Assembly (NCBI GenBank): GCA_944332025.1
Contig: CALVJB010000001.1
Span: forward strand, 21,629-85,628
Direction of reading: 5' to 3'
Origin: an uncultured Bacilli bacterium
GTDB lineage: Bacteria; Bacillota_I; Bacilli_A; RF39; UBA660
Length of the DNA stretch: 64,000 nucleotides
Both the position numbers and the translations under genes were made by a program. The notes beneath the pieces were generated by a model. That model was not told the DNA's origin and made no database searches. It worked only from the letters and a program-made list of their open reading frames with translations. Of the stretch, positions 50,601 through 57,979 are shown in pieces; within the stretch, counting starts at the first letter, position 1; each line of letters begins with the position of its first letter.

Positions 50601-52480
50601 AATGAAATCAATTCTGGTGTAGTGATACTGCTATAGCCTCCACCTTTTTCATTTGATTTAATTGTAGTCCAACCAATTAATTTGGCATTAGAACTATTTG
50701 GTTTTGTTAAAGGAGTTTCACAATTTATTTCGTCTTCATAGTCGTACCAATCATTATCTGTAATTTCAAACTTTTCTTTTCCTGTTTTAGGGTCTATAAT
50801 ATTTCCTTCAATATCATGGAACACTACTTTTGCTTGATAGTAAGCGACAAATAGATCATTATTTTTTATATCATTATTTTCTAAGGTAGCTTCGTCTTTG
50901 TATGGTTCATTTTTAAAGACTGTGTCAAAGTATAGATGGTTTTCTTCTGTACTATCAATTATGGAATCTTCTATTTTATACCAAGAAACAAATCTATAAC
51001 CTTCATTAGCTTTTGCTTTAATGGTTACTTTATTTTCTGTTGGTTTTATTCCTTGGATAGCAAATGAATAAGGATTTTTAGTTGATACTTCTTCATCAAC
51101 TAATTCTGTTTTTGATATTGTTACTTCTCCAGCTCCTTCAAAATCAAAAGTAGCAGCAATAGAGCTTCCATGTTTAAGTATTCCTTCATTAGGATCAATT
51201 ATCCATTTATTTACATGATTAGAATTATATTTTGTATTTCTAATAATATTCCCGTGAAGATCATAATTTTCGCTTTTCCAAAAATTTTTATCTATATAAT
51301 TTTCATCACTAAGTGGTCCATATGAAGAAGTAGAATCACTATTTCCTAATACTTTCATATCGACATCTGGATTTAAGCTTGGCTTAAAGTAAGTATTTTC
51401 TACTTTGCCCCCTTCATAAACATTTGTAATACCAGAAATGTTAACATTTTTTTGAATAGTAGGTATTACTAAAATTGAATTATACTGCTCTGATGTTGCT
51501 TTTCCAGCATAATGGCTTCGAATAATTTCGTTTCCATTGCCAAACATAGCACCTGTAATACCTCCGATATGACCAGTATTTCCAGCGCCTACAGAAACAT
51601 ATGTAGCACAATAGAAATTTAGTTCAGTGGTTGAATAACTATCAATAACTTTTGAAGTTCCATTCATTTGTCCAATTATTCCACCAACATATAATGTATT
51701 TCCACCAAGAGCTCCTACAGCGACATCATAGTATATTTTTACTAAGCCACCTTCTACTCTAGAGTATTCTACTTCAGTAGAATTTGAGGTTCCAACTAAT
51801 CCTCCTAAGTATAGACCTTTTCCTGATAATGCTGCTACACCTGCCGTATTGTTAGTATTTACCATAGTGTTTATCGATTCACAATTATATAAAACACTAT
51901 TATTAGCTTCACCAACAATAGCTCCACCTCTAATTCCACCATCTGTTATAAGAGATAAAACATTATTGGCAGCAGCAACAAATAAATGACTATCTTTAAT
52001 AGTAATATTTTCAAAAACAGTTCCTTCAGAATAACCTGCTACTAAACCGCCACGATAATCAGCATCTATATCAGCATTAATAATTGTTAAGTTTTTAATA
52101 ATTGCTCCATCACCAGTATAAGAAAACAGGCCTGTATCAGTTTTGGGTTCAGCTGTTTCTTCATATTTCAAATTGGAAATTGAATATCCTTGACCGTCAA
52201 ATACTCCTTTAAATGGATAATCACTACTTCCAAATGAAATATATGTAAAATCGCTATTTAAAAGTTCTTGTTGATCTTCTTCAGTAATGACTATGTCTTT
52301 GGTTAAAATAAATTTATCTGTTTGGTGACCACTTTGCCTTGTTAGTTCAGCAGCATTTACTAATTCTTCAAAATTACTGATTTCGTATACATCAGGACTA
52401 GCAAAAGAAATTTTAAAAGTACACATTATAACCATGCTAAAAACTATTATGAAAAGCAATCTTTTGTGGTTCCTTAACAT
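47693..52480 (-). CDS. Giant secreted surface protein: signal peptide, GLUG-motif beta-helix region, then multiple Listeria-Bacteroides (Flg_new) type repeats; no LPXTG
   Basis: 1595 aa. Signal peptide ...CTFKISFA/SPDVY. Repeated GGLVG-type motifs (RGGLVAGYS, RGGAIVGEA, LGGLVGTS, VGGIIGQM, IGGITGAM). At least six G(Y/F)xFxGW...LYPVY repeats (GYRFVSWY, GYEFLGWY, GYSFLGWI, YIFYGWT, GYKFIGWY). Confidence 0.75.
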   Translation of the reverse strand: MLRNHKRLLFIIVFSMVIMCTFKISFASPDVYEISNFEELVNAAELTRQSGHQTDKFILTKDIVITEEDQQELLNSDFTYISFGSSDYPFKGVFDGQGYSISNLKYEETAEPKTDTGLFSYTGDGAIIKNLTIINADIDADYRGGLVAGYSEGTVFENITIKDSHLFVAAANNVLSLITDGGIRGGAIVGEANNSVLYNCESINTMVNTNNTAGVAALSGKGLYLGGLVGTSNSTEVEYSRVEGGLVKIYYDVAVGALGGNTLYVGGIIGQMNGTSKVIDSYSTTELNFYCATYVSVGAGNTGHIGGITGAMFGNGNEIIRSHYAGKATSEQYNSILVIPTIQKNVNISGITNVYEGGKVENTYFKPSLNPDVDMKVLGNSDSTSSYGPLSDENYIDKNFWKSENYDLHGNIIRNTKYNSNHVNKWIIDPNEGILKHGSSIAATFDFEGAGEVTISKTELVDEEVSTKNPYSFAIQGIKPTENKVTIKAKANEGYRFVSWYKIEDSIIDSTEENHLYFDTVFKNEPYKDEATLENNDIKNNDLFVAYYQAKVVFHDIEGNIIDPKTGKEKFEITDNDWYDYEDEINCETPLTKPNSSNAKLIGWTTIKSNEKGGGYSSITTPELISLKNQNEFYETGDKITKTMNLYPVYVDSISNITTVFEGHEQDDLNDESQREGVGFTNIKLNENNNVVISVNGIDGKFPEGYEFLGWYENGVKVSKDQSYELKNVDLTQKHTYTAKFKYAVEYYVRAFRQHNGASFTESELFTTRYQTYNSEFISIGGPSYIKESITHWGIEHIDHNRNDDKSDAFTGNIVKPLKVYSHNTTDDTNGETFYQAFITTDFPGPGAIDDSKSITGGVFTFTPISEKYHLNFWTLERSNKAWTYINNPMDTGVLDPSIQYKGMAMVTADITFHKKDNTYKTVTRKYNDNLFMKEDITHTYKYPFFHQDEEVDTNPEDSKESLNKTVTLQASPSEEEMKIDGYSFLGWISSEEVTPNSLEWNYIYDVENDTYCTSDINKVKPYLLSKDEIIKEAIDVYPVYAKYNVETTTNVNFKAPGINIPSNPKYTIEETETGKATVTLTPDTDTFISEGSSEKYKLTSLVKVSGNTEEIINPNTNGTYTCQIEAGKQYTFMAKYSTNILLYHLNDTETKLEIKNSGDIVGNMPSPTYNIDNYIFYGWTNESPENGKYHIIDEDLNSINIINSSSIINNSLELWPVYINIKVKVNSNIDDYLLSSGLDPNQIRNITKVGYDKTQINAEKIEGYKFIGWYQNYQDNNNKGNLITENQTYLLQKDESLKDTTYTAVYLKYYKVNYHDKNGNIIYTSEITQDENRSFVSEVIDSEGNKIETIIDFEPYQEINATLDPNEIFQNWQWEKDGTIIKWDDFYKLEIKQNMDLYPIIRTISATDSKGNPLTINNSKSANDIDVSISANKMSAYLNIDYQDPTITFKLEDTAYNSNSQSIEYPPNIDITLYQNKDLPLVSLATGKTNENGLSTLDLFGTININIEADKNETFIIQLYDDDLINEILITAESPKTLKLPYGKYKIVEKDTWSWRYSNILEQDISVSSNYNNENINLIPVKENPKWFDFTTNN

Positions 52481-52485
52481 TTTAT

Positions 52486-53058
52486 CTACTCCTTATCTGG
52501 CCATCCTTCCGCTTGTAAAACATCTTCAGCATTATTTTTAGATTGTACTGCTTGGAGGTCTGCTTTAAATTTGTAACTACTATCTGGATAATTACTTGAA
52601 ATTTTATCAATATTAAAATTTATTTTTTTTAACAATGTTTCAGTACATTCATTAGGCTTTAAAGCTTTATGATAATAATAATATTCATTTTTGTATATCC
52701 AGCCTTGATTGTTTGTTACATAATCAACCAAATTATTTGCATCAAATTCTTGATTATTTTTATCAAAGCCTTTAGTATTTAAAGAAATTCTTAAATATAT
52801 GTCTTGTTTTCCAACGTTACATGCTTTAATAAAACGATCAACAGATGAATCAGTTGTAATATTAAATTCATTATCATTATTAATTTCTATTTCTTCACCA
52901 TTATTGTCAATAGTAGTTTGAATTAATTTCACTTTAATATTTCCAAATGTAATTATATTGTTTGCAGTTTCATTGGTTGTTTTAAAGGCTATAGTTCCTG
53001 ATATGCATAACAATATAATTAAAAAAAGGAAAATAATCACATATTTATGTTTGTTCAT
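52486..53058 (-). CDS. SipW-dependent-type signal peptide protein (TasA/camelysin-like)
   Basis: 190 aa. N-terminal TM segment, then SGTIAFKTTNETANNIITFGNIKVKLIQ. Confidence 0.55.
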   Translation of the reverse strand: MNKHKYVIIFLFLIILLCISGTIAFKTTNETANNIITFGNIKVKLIQTTIDNNGEEIEINNDNEFNITTDSSVDRFIKACNVGKQDIYLRISLNTKGFDKNNQEFDANNLVDYVTNNQGWIYKNEYYYYHKALKPNECTETLLKKINFNIDKISSNYPDSSYKFKADLQAVQSKNNAEDVLQAEGWPDKE

Positions 53059-53074
53059 ATTTTATCCTTTAATA

Positions 53075-53725
53075 CTAATTAATTCCAAATTCTGTTTTAG
53101 CTGCATTTTCTATGGTTTCATCAGGTATTAGTGTTCCTTCACCATCTTTAGCTTGATGTAAGAATACAGATACTTTAATTTCTGTTTTTTTACTGTCTTC
53201 TACAGTAAAATCACTAAGTTCAGCTGTATCATCAGCTTTGATAGTACTAAATAATGGTGTGATTGTCCATGTGTCTTTACTGTCTTGTCCTTGTAGTCCG
53301 TTAGTATATTTAAATAGTCCACTTGTATATGTTTCACTTTCTAAACCACTTGTTGCTTCTACAGCTTCCCATCCTTCATTTATTGTAAAATATATTTTAT
53401 TTGAAAAATTGTTTTCTACATATACATATACTGCAGCATCTTCACTACCAGCACCTATTCCAACATATGGATCTTTTTCAAAAGATACTCCTGGAAGAAG
53501 CTTGTGTTCCTCTTCGACATTCCAGCTTGGTTCATAAATATTGCCATTGATTGTTATAGATTCTTCTGGATTAGTTGGTGAAGTAGTTGGAGGTTTAAAA
53601 TCACCGACTGTAAATGTGTTTGTGATAGAACTTGTTTTTGTAAGCCAGGCGATTGTTCCTGTTGTAGCGATTACTAATACTAATATTAAACCTATCAATA
53701 ATGTTAGTTTTTTCTTATTTTTCAT
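53075..53725 (-). CDS. SipW-dependent-type signal peptide protein (TasA/camelysin-like)
   Basis: 216 aa. MKNKKKLTLLIGLILVLVIATTGTIAWLTKTSSITNTFTVGDF matches the SipW-cognate signal class. Its start overlaps the sipW stop by 11 nt. Confidence 0.6.
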   Translation of the reverse strand: MKNKKKLTLLIGLILVLVIATTGTIAWLTKTSSITNTFTVGDFKPPTTSPTNPEESITINGNIYEPSWNVEEEHKLLPGVSFEKDPYVGIGAGSEDAAVYVYVENNFSNKIYFTINEGWEAVEATSGLESETYTSGLFKYTNGLQGQDSKDTWTITPLFSTIKADDTAELSDFTVEDSKKTEIKVSVFLHQAKDGEGTLIPDETIENAAKTEFGIN

Positions 53726-54179
53726 TTGGGTACCTCTTTTCTAAAATATAATTTATAAATAACATAAGAATTGTAATAATAATGACAATATAGATTCCTG
53801 GTGGTTCTTTTATTAAGCTTACTATATATCCTAGATAAGGAATACAGAAAACTGGTTTTCCTATCAATGATGAGAATTTCACTGGTTCAGCATCATGAAT
53901 AATATTTCCATTTTCATCTTTATTATTAATACCTTGAGTTTTGAACTCTTGGTTTTGCCTATCTATTTCATAAACTTGATGAGTAGCAACAGAACCATTT
54001 TTGTAAAAAGTTATGATGTCATTTTTCTTAATTGTGTTTGGATCAATATTTTTTACATATATTACTGAACCCACTGGATATAAAGGTTTCATACTACCAC
54101 TTGTAACAACATATGTTTTTATATTCACTAATAATGGAGCAACAGTCAATAAAACCAATATAATTTCTAGTAATATCAA
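53715..54179 (-). CDS. sipW: Signal peptidase I, SipW (archaeal/ER) type
   Basis: VVTSGSMKPLYPVGSVIYVK (catalytic Ser), ATHQV (His), TQGINN and a C-terminal TM segment are collinear with B. subtilis SipW. The TTG start at 54179 is uncertain (see findings). Confidence 0.75.
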   Translation of the reverse strand: MILLEIILVLLTVAPLLVNIKTYVVTSGSMKPLYPVGSVIYVKNIDPNTIKKNDIITFYKNGSVATHQVYEIDRQNQEFKTQGINNKDENGNIIHDAEPVKFSSLIGKPVFCIPYLGYIVSLIKEPPGIYIVIIITILMLFINYILEKRYPNEK

Positions 54180-54429
54180 TAAGTTTAGTATATATGTCCA
54201 GACGCGTTTTAGTTTTAAAATATTGTCATCTCCCTACTTCTTCTTCGCTATTTTGTATCTTTTATAATGATACCATTTTCTACAAAATAATGCAATATGC
54301 TGTTAAACCTGTAGCAATCGCAATAAAAAAATGACACGCAATATAAATAATTTCAAAAATATTGAAAATCTTATATTTAATGTCATTATTTGTATTTAAT
54401 TATTTTTTCCACAGATACTGTGGATATTT

Positions 54430-55491
54430 TTAATTGTTTGATTTTTTTATATATTTTAACTCTCCCATACGTGATGTAGGGATGAAACCAGCTTCACTTG
54501 CAATAACATCAGGAATTCTATTAACAATGGCTGCACAAGTTAATCTTACTGTATCTGGTTTTTCAATTACTAGAGTTGTATCAGGTTCACCATAGATTGT
54601 CCACTCATTTCTATCAAACTCATCTTTATTGTAAACTTTACCAATACATTCTGTTTCTAGAGTAATACCTTCTTTTGTTTCTGTTGTAACAACTGCACTC
54701 ATACCTGTAGCCATGCCGGATTTAACTGTCATTCCTAAAGTAGATGATTCAATATCATAATCATTGAACTGAGGTACACATTTCTGACGTTGGCTTACTA
54801 CTGTTAAACCTAATTTATCGCAAAGCCAACCATTAACATTCCACATATATGATGGAGAGTAAGCACCACTTTCTATTACTTTCATTCTTTCTTCATCACT
54901 TATTTCATCGGCACTAGCTACTTGGGCATCAAACTCTTCTTTTGTTAGCCCTGCTCCATGAGCTTTAGCAAGAGCGATACCATAGTCTTCTACATTATAA
55001 GATGAACTTCCTTTTATCTTAGTAATATTATGACTTGAGCCTATTAGGGTAGTAATCAAATTACCCCAGAAAGCATCTTGATAACCACTACCTGTAATTG
55101 TACAATTATTCTCTTTAGCAAGTTTATCAATTTTTTCTGTTAAAGTAGGGTTAGAATTTATTGGGAAGAATGCTTCTTCACATGTAGTAATAGCATTAAC
55201 TCCACATTTAGCACATACCATTAAGGCATCTTCTACATCTGCAAGTAAACTCATAGTTGTAACGATAACACAATCAGGTCTTAATTCAGTTAGAAGTCCT
55301 TCTACTTTATCAACACTATCAACAACTACTCCTACTTTATCTCCTCCCATTATTTCTCCGATATCTTTTCCTATGACATCTGGATTAATATCTACTGCAC
55401 CAACTATAGTACCACCATTTTCTATGACAAATTTCATAGTATAGACACTCATTTTTCCACAACCATATTGGAATATTCTTAATCCTTTCAT
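54430..55491 (-). CDS. DapB-like NAD(P)-dependent amine dehydrogenase family protein (2,4-diaminopentanoate dehydrogenase-like)
   Basis: N-terminal Rossmann segment RIFQYGCGKMS...GAVD. Length and C-terminal domain layout resemble the Ord/native amine dehydrogenase family, recognised from memory only. Start trimmed to the ATG at 55489-55491. Confidence 0.45.
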   Translation of the reverse strand: MKGLRIFQYGCGKMSVYTMKFVIENGGTIVGAVDINPDVIGKDIGEIMGGDKVGVVVDSVDKVEGLLTELRPDCVIVTTMSLLADVEDALMVCAKCGVNAITTCEEAFFPINSNPTLTEKIDKLAKENNCTITGSGYQDAFWGNLITTLIGSSHNITKIKGSSSYNVEDYGIALAKAHGAGLTKEEFDAQVASADEISDEERMKVIESGAYSPSYMWNVNGWLCDKLGLTVVSQRQKCVPQFNDYDIESSTLGMTVKSGMATGMSAVVTTETKEGITLETECIGKVYNKDEFDRNEWTIYGEPDTTLVIEKPDTVRLTCAAIVNRIPDVIASEAGFIPTSRMGELKYIKKSNN

Positions 55492-55556
55492 TTTTACCAT
55501 CCTTTCTAAATTCATTATAACATTTTAACTCTGTCAAAATATGTAATTAACAAAAA

Positions 55557-55580
55557 AAGTTATACTTTTTTGCATAACTT
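55557..55580 (-). terminator. Intrinsic terminator after the 74 aa gene
   Basis: aagttat (55557-55563) pairs with ataactt (55574-55580). On the minus strand TTTTTTG follows. Confidence 0.5.
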
Positions 55581-55651
55581 TACAGTTTTGTTTTATATAA
55601 ATGTTTTAACTTATTTATATTTAAATGACGTATTGTCTAAATAATTTTTAT

Positions 55652-55876
55652 CTATAATAACATCATATCTACATTTTTATATAACTCACTAATAATAATT
55701 TTGTATTTATCGTTAGAAATTAATTGATATAATTCATCATTATATTCATATACAACCTTAAATTTATGATACTTTTCATTAAACAATAAATAATATATAT
55801 TCCCTTCGAAATCTATTTTATTTAAAACTTTATAATAAATGTCATTGAAAACAACTATGCTATTTAGTTTTTGCAT
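55652..55876 (-). CDS. Small hypothetical protein, translationally coupled partner of the tandem RNxxxH protein
   Basis: 74 aa and rich in Tyr/Asn/Lys. Its ATG lies 17 nt inside the 3' end of the upstream gene. Confidence 0.5.
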   Translation of the reverse strand: MQKLNSIVVFNDIYYKVLNKIDFEGNIYYLLFNEKYHKFKVVYEYNDELYQLISNDKYKIIISELYKNVDMMLL

Positions 55877-57854
55877 TTCGTTTTTCCTCTTTTTCCTCTT
55901 TCATTAGTGAAGTTAAATAAAGTGATATAATGGTGTCCAGTTGGCTTTTTGCAGTTATTTTTTTTAGACAATTAACTACTTTTGAATTATCAGATAATTT
56001 ACTTGTGAAAAAGTCCAACATATATAATCGAAGTTCATTTTTTAAAATAGTGATGACAGTTGCTAATTTGTTTTTTTCCATATACTGTACCATTTGTTCT
56101 GATAAATTATATTCTGAAGAATGTTTATATACATCATTAATCGATATAGGTTCTAGTGATTTTTTTTCATCAATGTTAATTTGTCCAAAAACCTTTTTTT
56201 CATTATGAATAATTGCACAAAGTATTCTTTCTAATTCATTTGAATTATTTAAATAATTACCTAAAATTAATTGTTCAAAATAATTATAATTACTGAAAGT
56301 ATATATTGTTGTAAGGTGGCTATCTTGTTTTAATTTTTGTAAATCTTCTTCGGTTATGCTTTTCTTTATAAGTTCTTCAGATTCAAAGCTATATCTATTT
56401 TTTAAATATAACATTTTTGACAGTAAATACGTATTATCTTTATCTTTAAGATATTCAGAAAAATTATCTATACCAGTTTTTACATTATTATACCATATTT
56501 TAGGTCCTTGCAAAAGAACATCTATATAGTCTTCTTCACTATACTCATATCCATAATATTTGCATATATAATCTAAAATAAATATATTATTATCTGGAAG
56601 ATAAAAGGTTAAAAACTCTCTTATATTATTTGGATTTTCATATAAATAACTAGAAATTTTATGATTTTCTATCATATAATTTAAAACTTCGTTTTCATCC
56701 ATATTGTAGAATTTTCTTCTATATACCGAAAAATACTCAGAAAATGAATTTTTTGATATGGAAAGCGATGTTCTATACATTAAATTGTTCATAATTATAT
56801 GTGTTTCTATAAAAGTAGAAACTCCTTCTTTAAAATAATTATTTAATAAAATTTCATCAATTTTTCCATATGGCATTTCAATGTTAAAATATTTGCCATT
56901 TTTTTTGTCATAATCATTAAATTCAATATAATTTTCTTTAAAAATTACAAATCCATGTGAAACAGCATTTCTTAAATGAGCCATTAACAAATTGTTTGGA
57001 ATAAATATTTCTAGTTCAGTGTCTTTGGCCATAAAACTTGGGTCCCAAACTATATTTTTTGCACCTTCTATATCCTCAATAAAATATCCTTTTTTAGCTA
57101 GTGTTAATATATCTTTTTTATATAATATTTCATCTTCAACCGATTTATATATCATATTATTGTCTTCATAAAATGATTTTATATTACGCTGTGACTCATC
57201 GTTTATTAATCTTGTATCATTAACTTTAACATCTGAAAAATCTATACTATAATCTATAAAATTCATAAATTTATCATAAATACTTTCCTTGTTATAAGAA
57301 AATAATAATGTCATTAATAATATATAACCGTATTTTTTCCCTTTAAGTTCTTTACCACTTGTTATTTTTTCTATCATTTCAAAACATTCTATTACAACAT
57401 TATTATTAGTATTTTCAATACTATTTGAAACTTTTTTTAATAGATTTATTAAATCTTTTTTTTCAATGTGCATAGTAGTATTTCTGTTTTTTTCAGGATT
57501 ATTAGGCATTGTATCATTAGAAATTATTAAATTGTTATCCTTAATTGTTATTCTTCCAGATCCGTGCACAAATGAATTTCTAATTGTTTTTAATATTTTT
57601 CTATTATTTTGTCCCACAATATAATTTGATTCATTTCTTAAAAATGTCACTCTTTTTAATTCTTCAGTGCAATTATATAAACCTCTATCTTGTTTAATAT
57701 AATTATCATTATTTGCAATTAATATAATTAAATAGAGATATAAAATCAGGTTTTCCTTATCATTTGAGTCATTTATGCCATACCCTGAATCATTAATCAA
57801 ACTTATTCCAATACTATATATTAAAGGATTTAATATATTCTTGAAATCTTTCAT
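55860..57854 (-). CDS. Hypothetical protein with two RNxxxHG motifs (candidate tandem-HEPN RNase)
   Basis: 664 aa from the ATG at 57852-57854 behind AAGGTGA; the track ORF starts at GTG 57863. IRNSFVHG is encoded at 57561-57584 and LRNAVSHG at 56952-56975. No other recognisable domain. Confidence 0.6.
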   Translation of the reverse strand: MKDFKNILNPLIYSIGISLINDSGYGINDSNDKENLILYLYLIILIANNDNYIKQDRGLYNCTEELKRVTFLRNESNYIVGQNNRKILKTIRNSFVHGSGRITIKDNNLIISNDTMPNNPEKNRNTTMHIEKKDLINLLKKVSNSIENTNNNVVIECFEMIEKITSGKELKGKKYGYILLMTLLFSYNKESIYDKFMNFIDYSIDFSDVKVNDTRLINDESQRNIKSFYEDNNMIYKSVEDEILYKKDILTLAKKGYFIEDIEGAKNIVWDPSFMAKDTELEIFIPNNLLMAHLRNAVSHGFVIFKENYIEFNDYDKKNGKYFNIEMPYGKIDEILLNNYFKEGVSTFIETHIIMNNLMYRTSLSISKNSFSEYFSVYRRKFYNMDENEVLNYMIENHKISSYLYENPNNIREFLTFYLPDNNIFILDYICKYYGYEYSEEDYIDVLLQGPKIWYNNVKTGIDNFSEYLKDKDNTYLLSKMLYLKNRYSFESEELIKKSITEEDLQKLKQDSHLTTIYTFSNYNYFEQLILGNYLNNSNELERILCAIIHNEKKVFGQINIDEKKSLEPISINDVYKHSSEYNLSEQMVQYMEKNKLATVITILKNELRLYMLDFFTSKLSDNSKVVNCLKKITAKSQLDTIISLYLTSLMKEEKEEKRNAKTK

Positions 57855-57920
57855 GTATATCACCTTATTTAATTATATCACATTTTTTTAATATAACTAT
57901 CTATTTCTATACAAATAAAA

Positions 57921-57944
57921 GCTAGTCTAAATAATACACTAGCC
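57921..57944 (-). terminator. Intrinsic terminator after secA
   Basis: gctagt (57921-57926) pairs with actagc (57939-57944). On the minus strand TTTTATTTG follows. Confidence 0.55.
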
Positions 57945-57979
57945 CTCGTATTTTAAAATTGCAAACTTTTATCAACAAG

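Noticed and set aside
57872-57880. An extended -10 element (TGaTATAAT) as the promoter of the RNxxxH gene.
   Set aside because: It lies only about 6 nt from the RBS. The transcript would start within or after the Shine-Dalgarno, so it cannot serve this start codon unless the mRNA is nearly leaderless.
54180-57979. A CRISPR array or cas genes near the two-RNxxxH protein, which would make it Cas13-like.
   Set aside because: The flanking intergenic regions (54180-54429, 55516-55651, 57864-57979) contain no direct-repeat/spacer periodicity. No cas1/cas2-like ORFs are present in the window.
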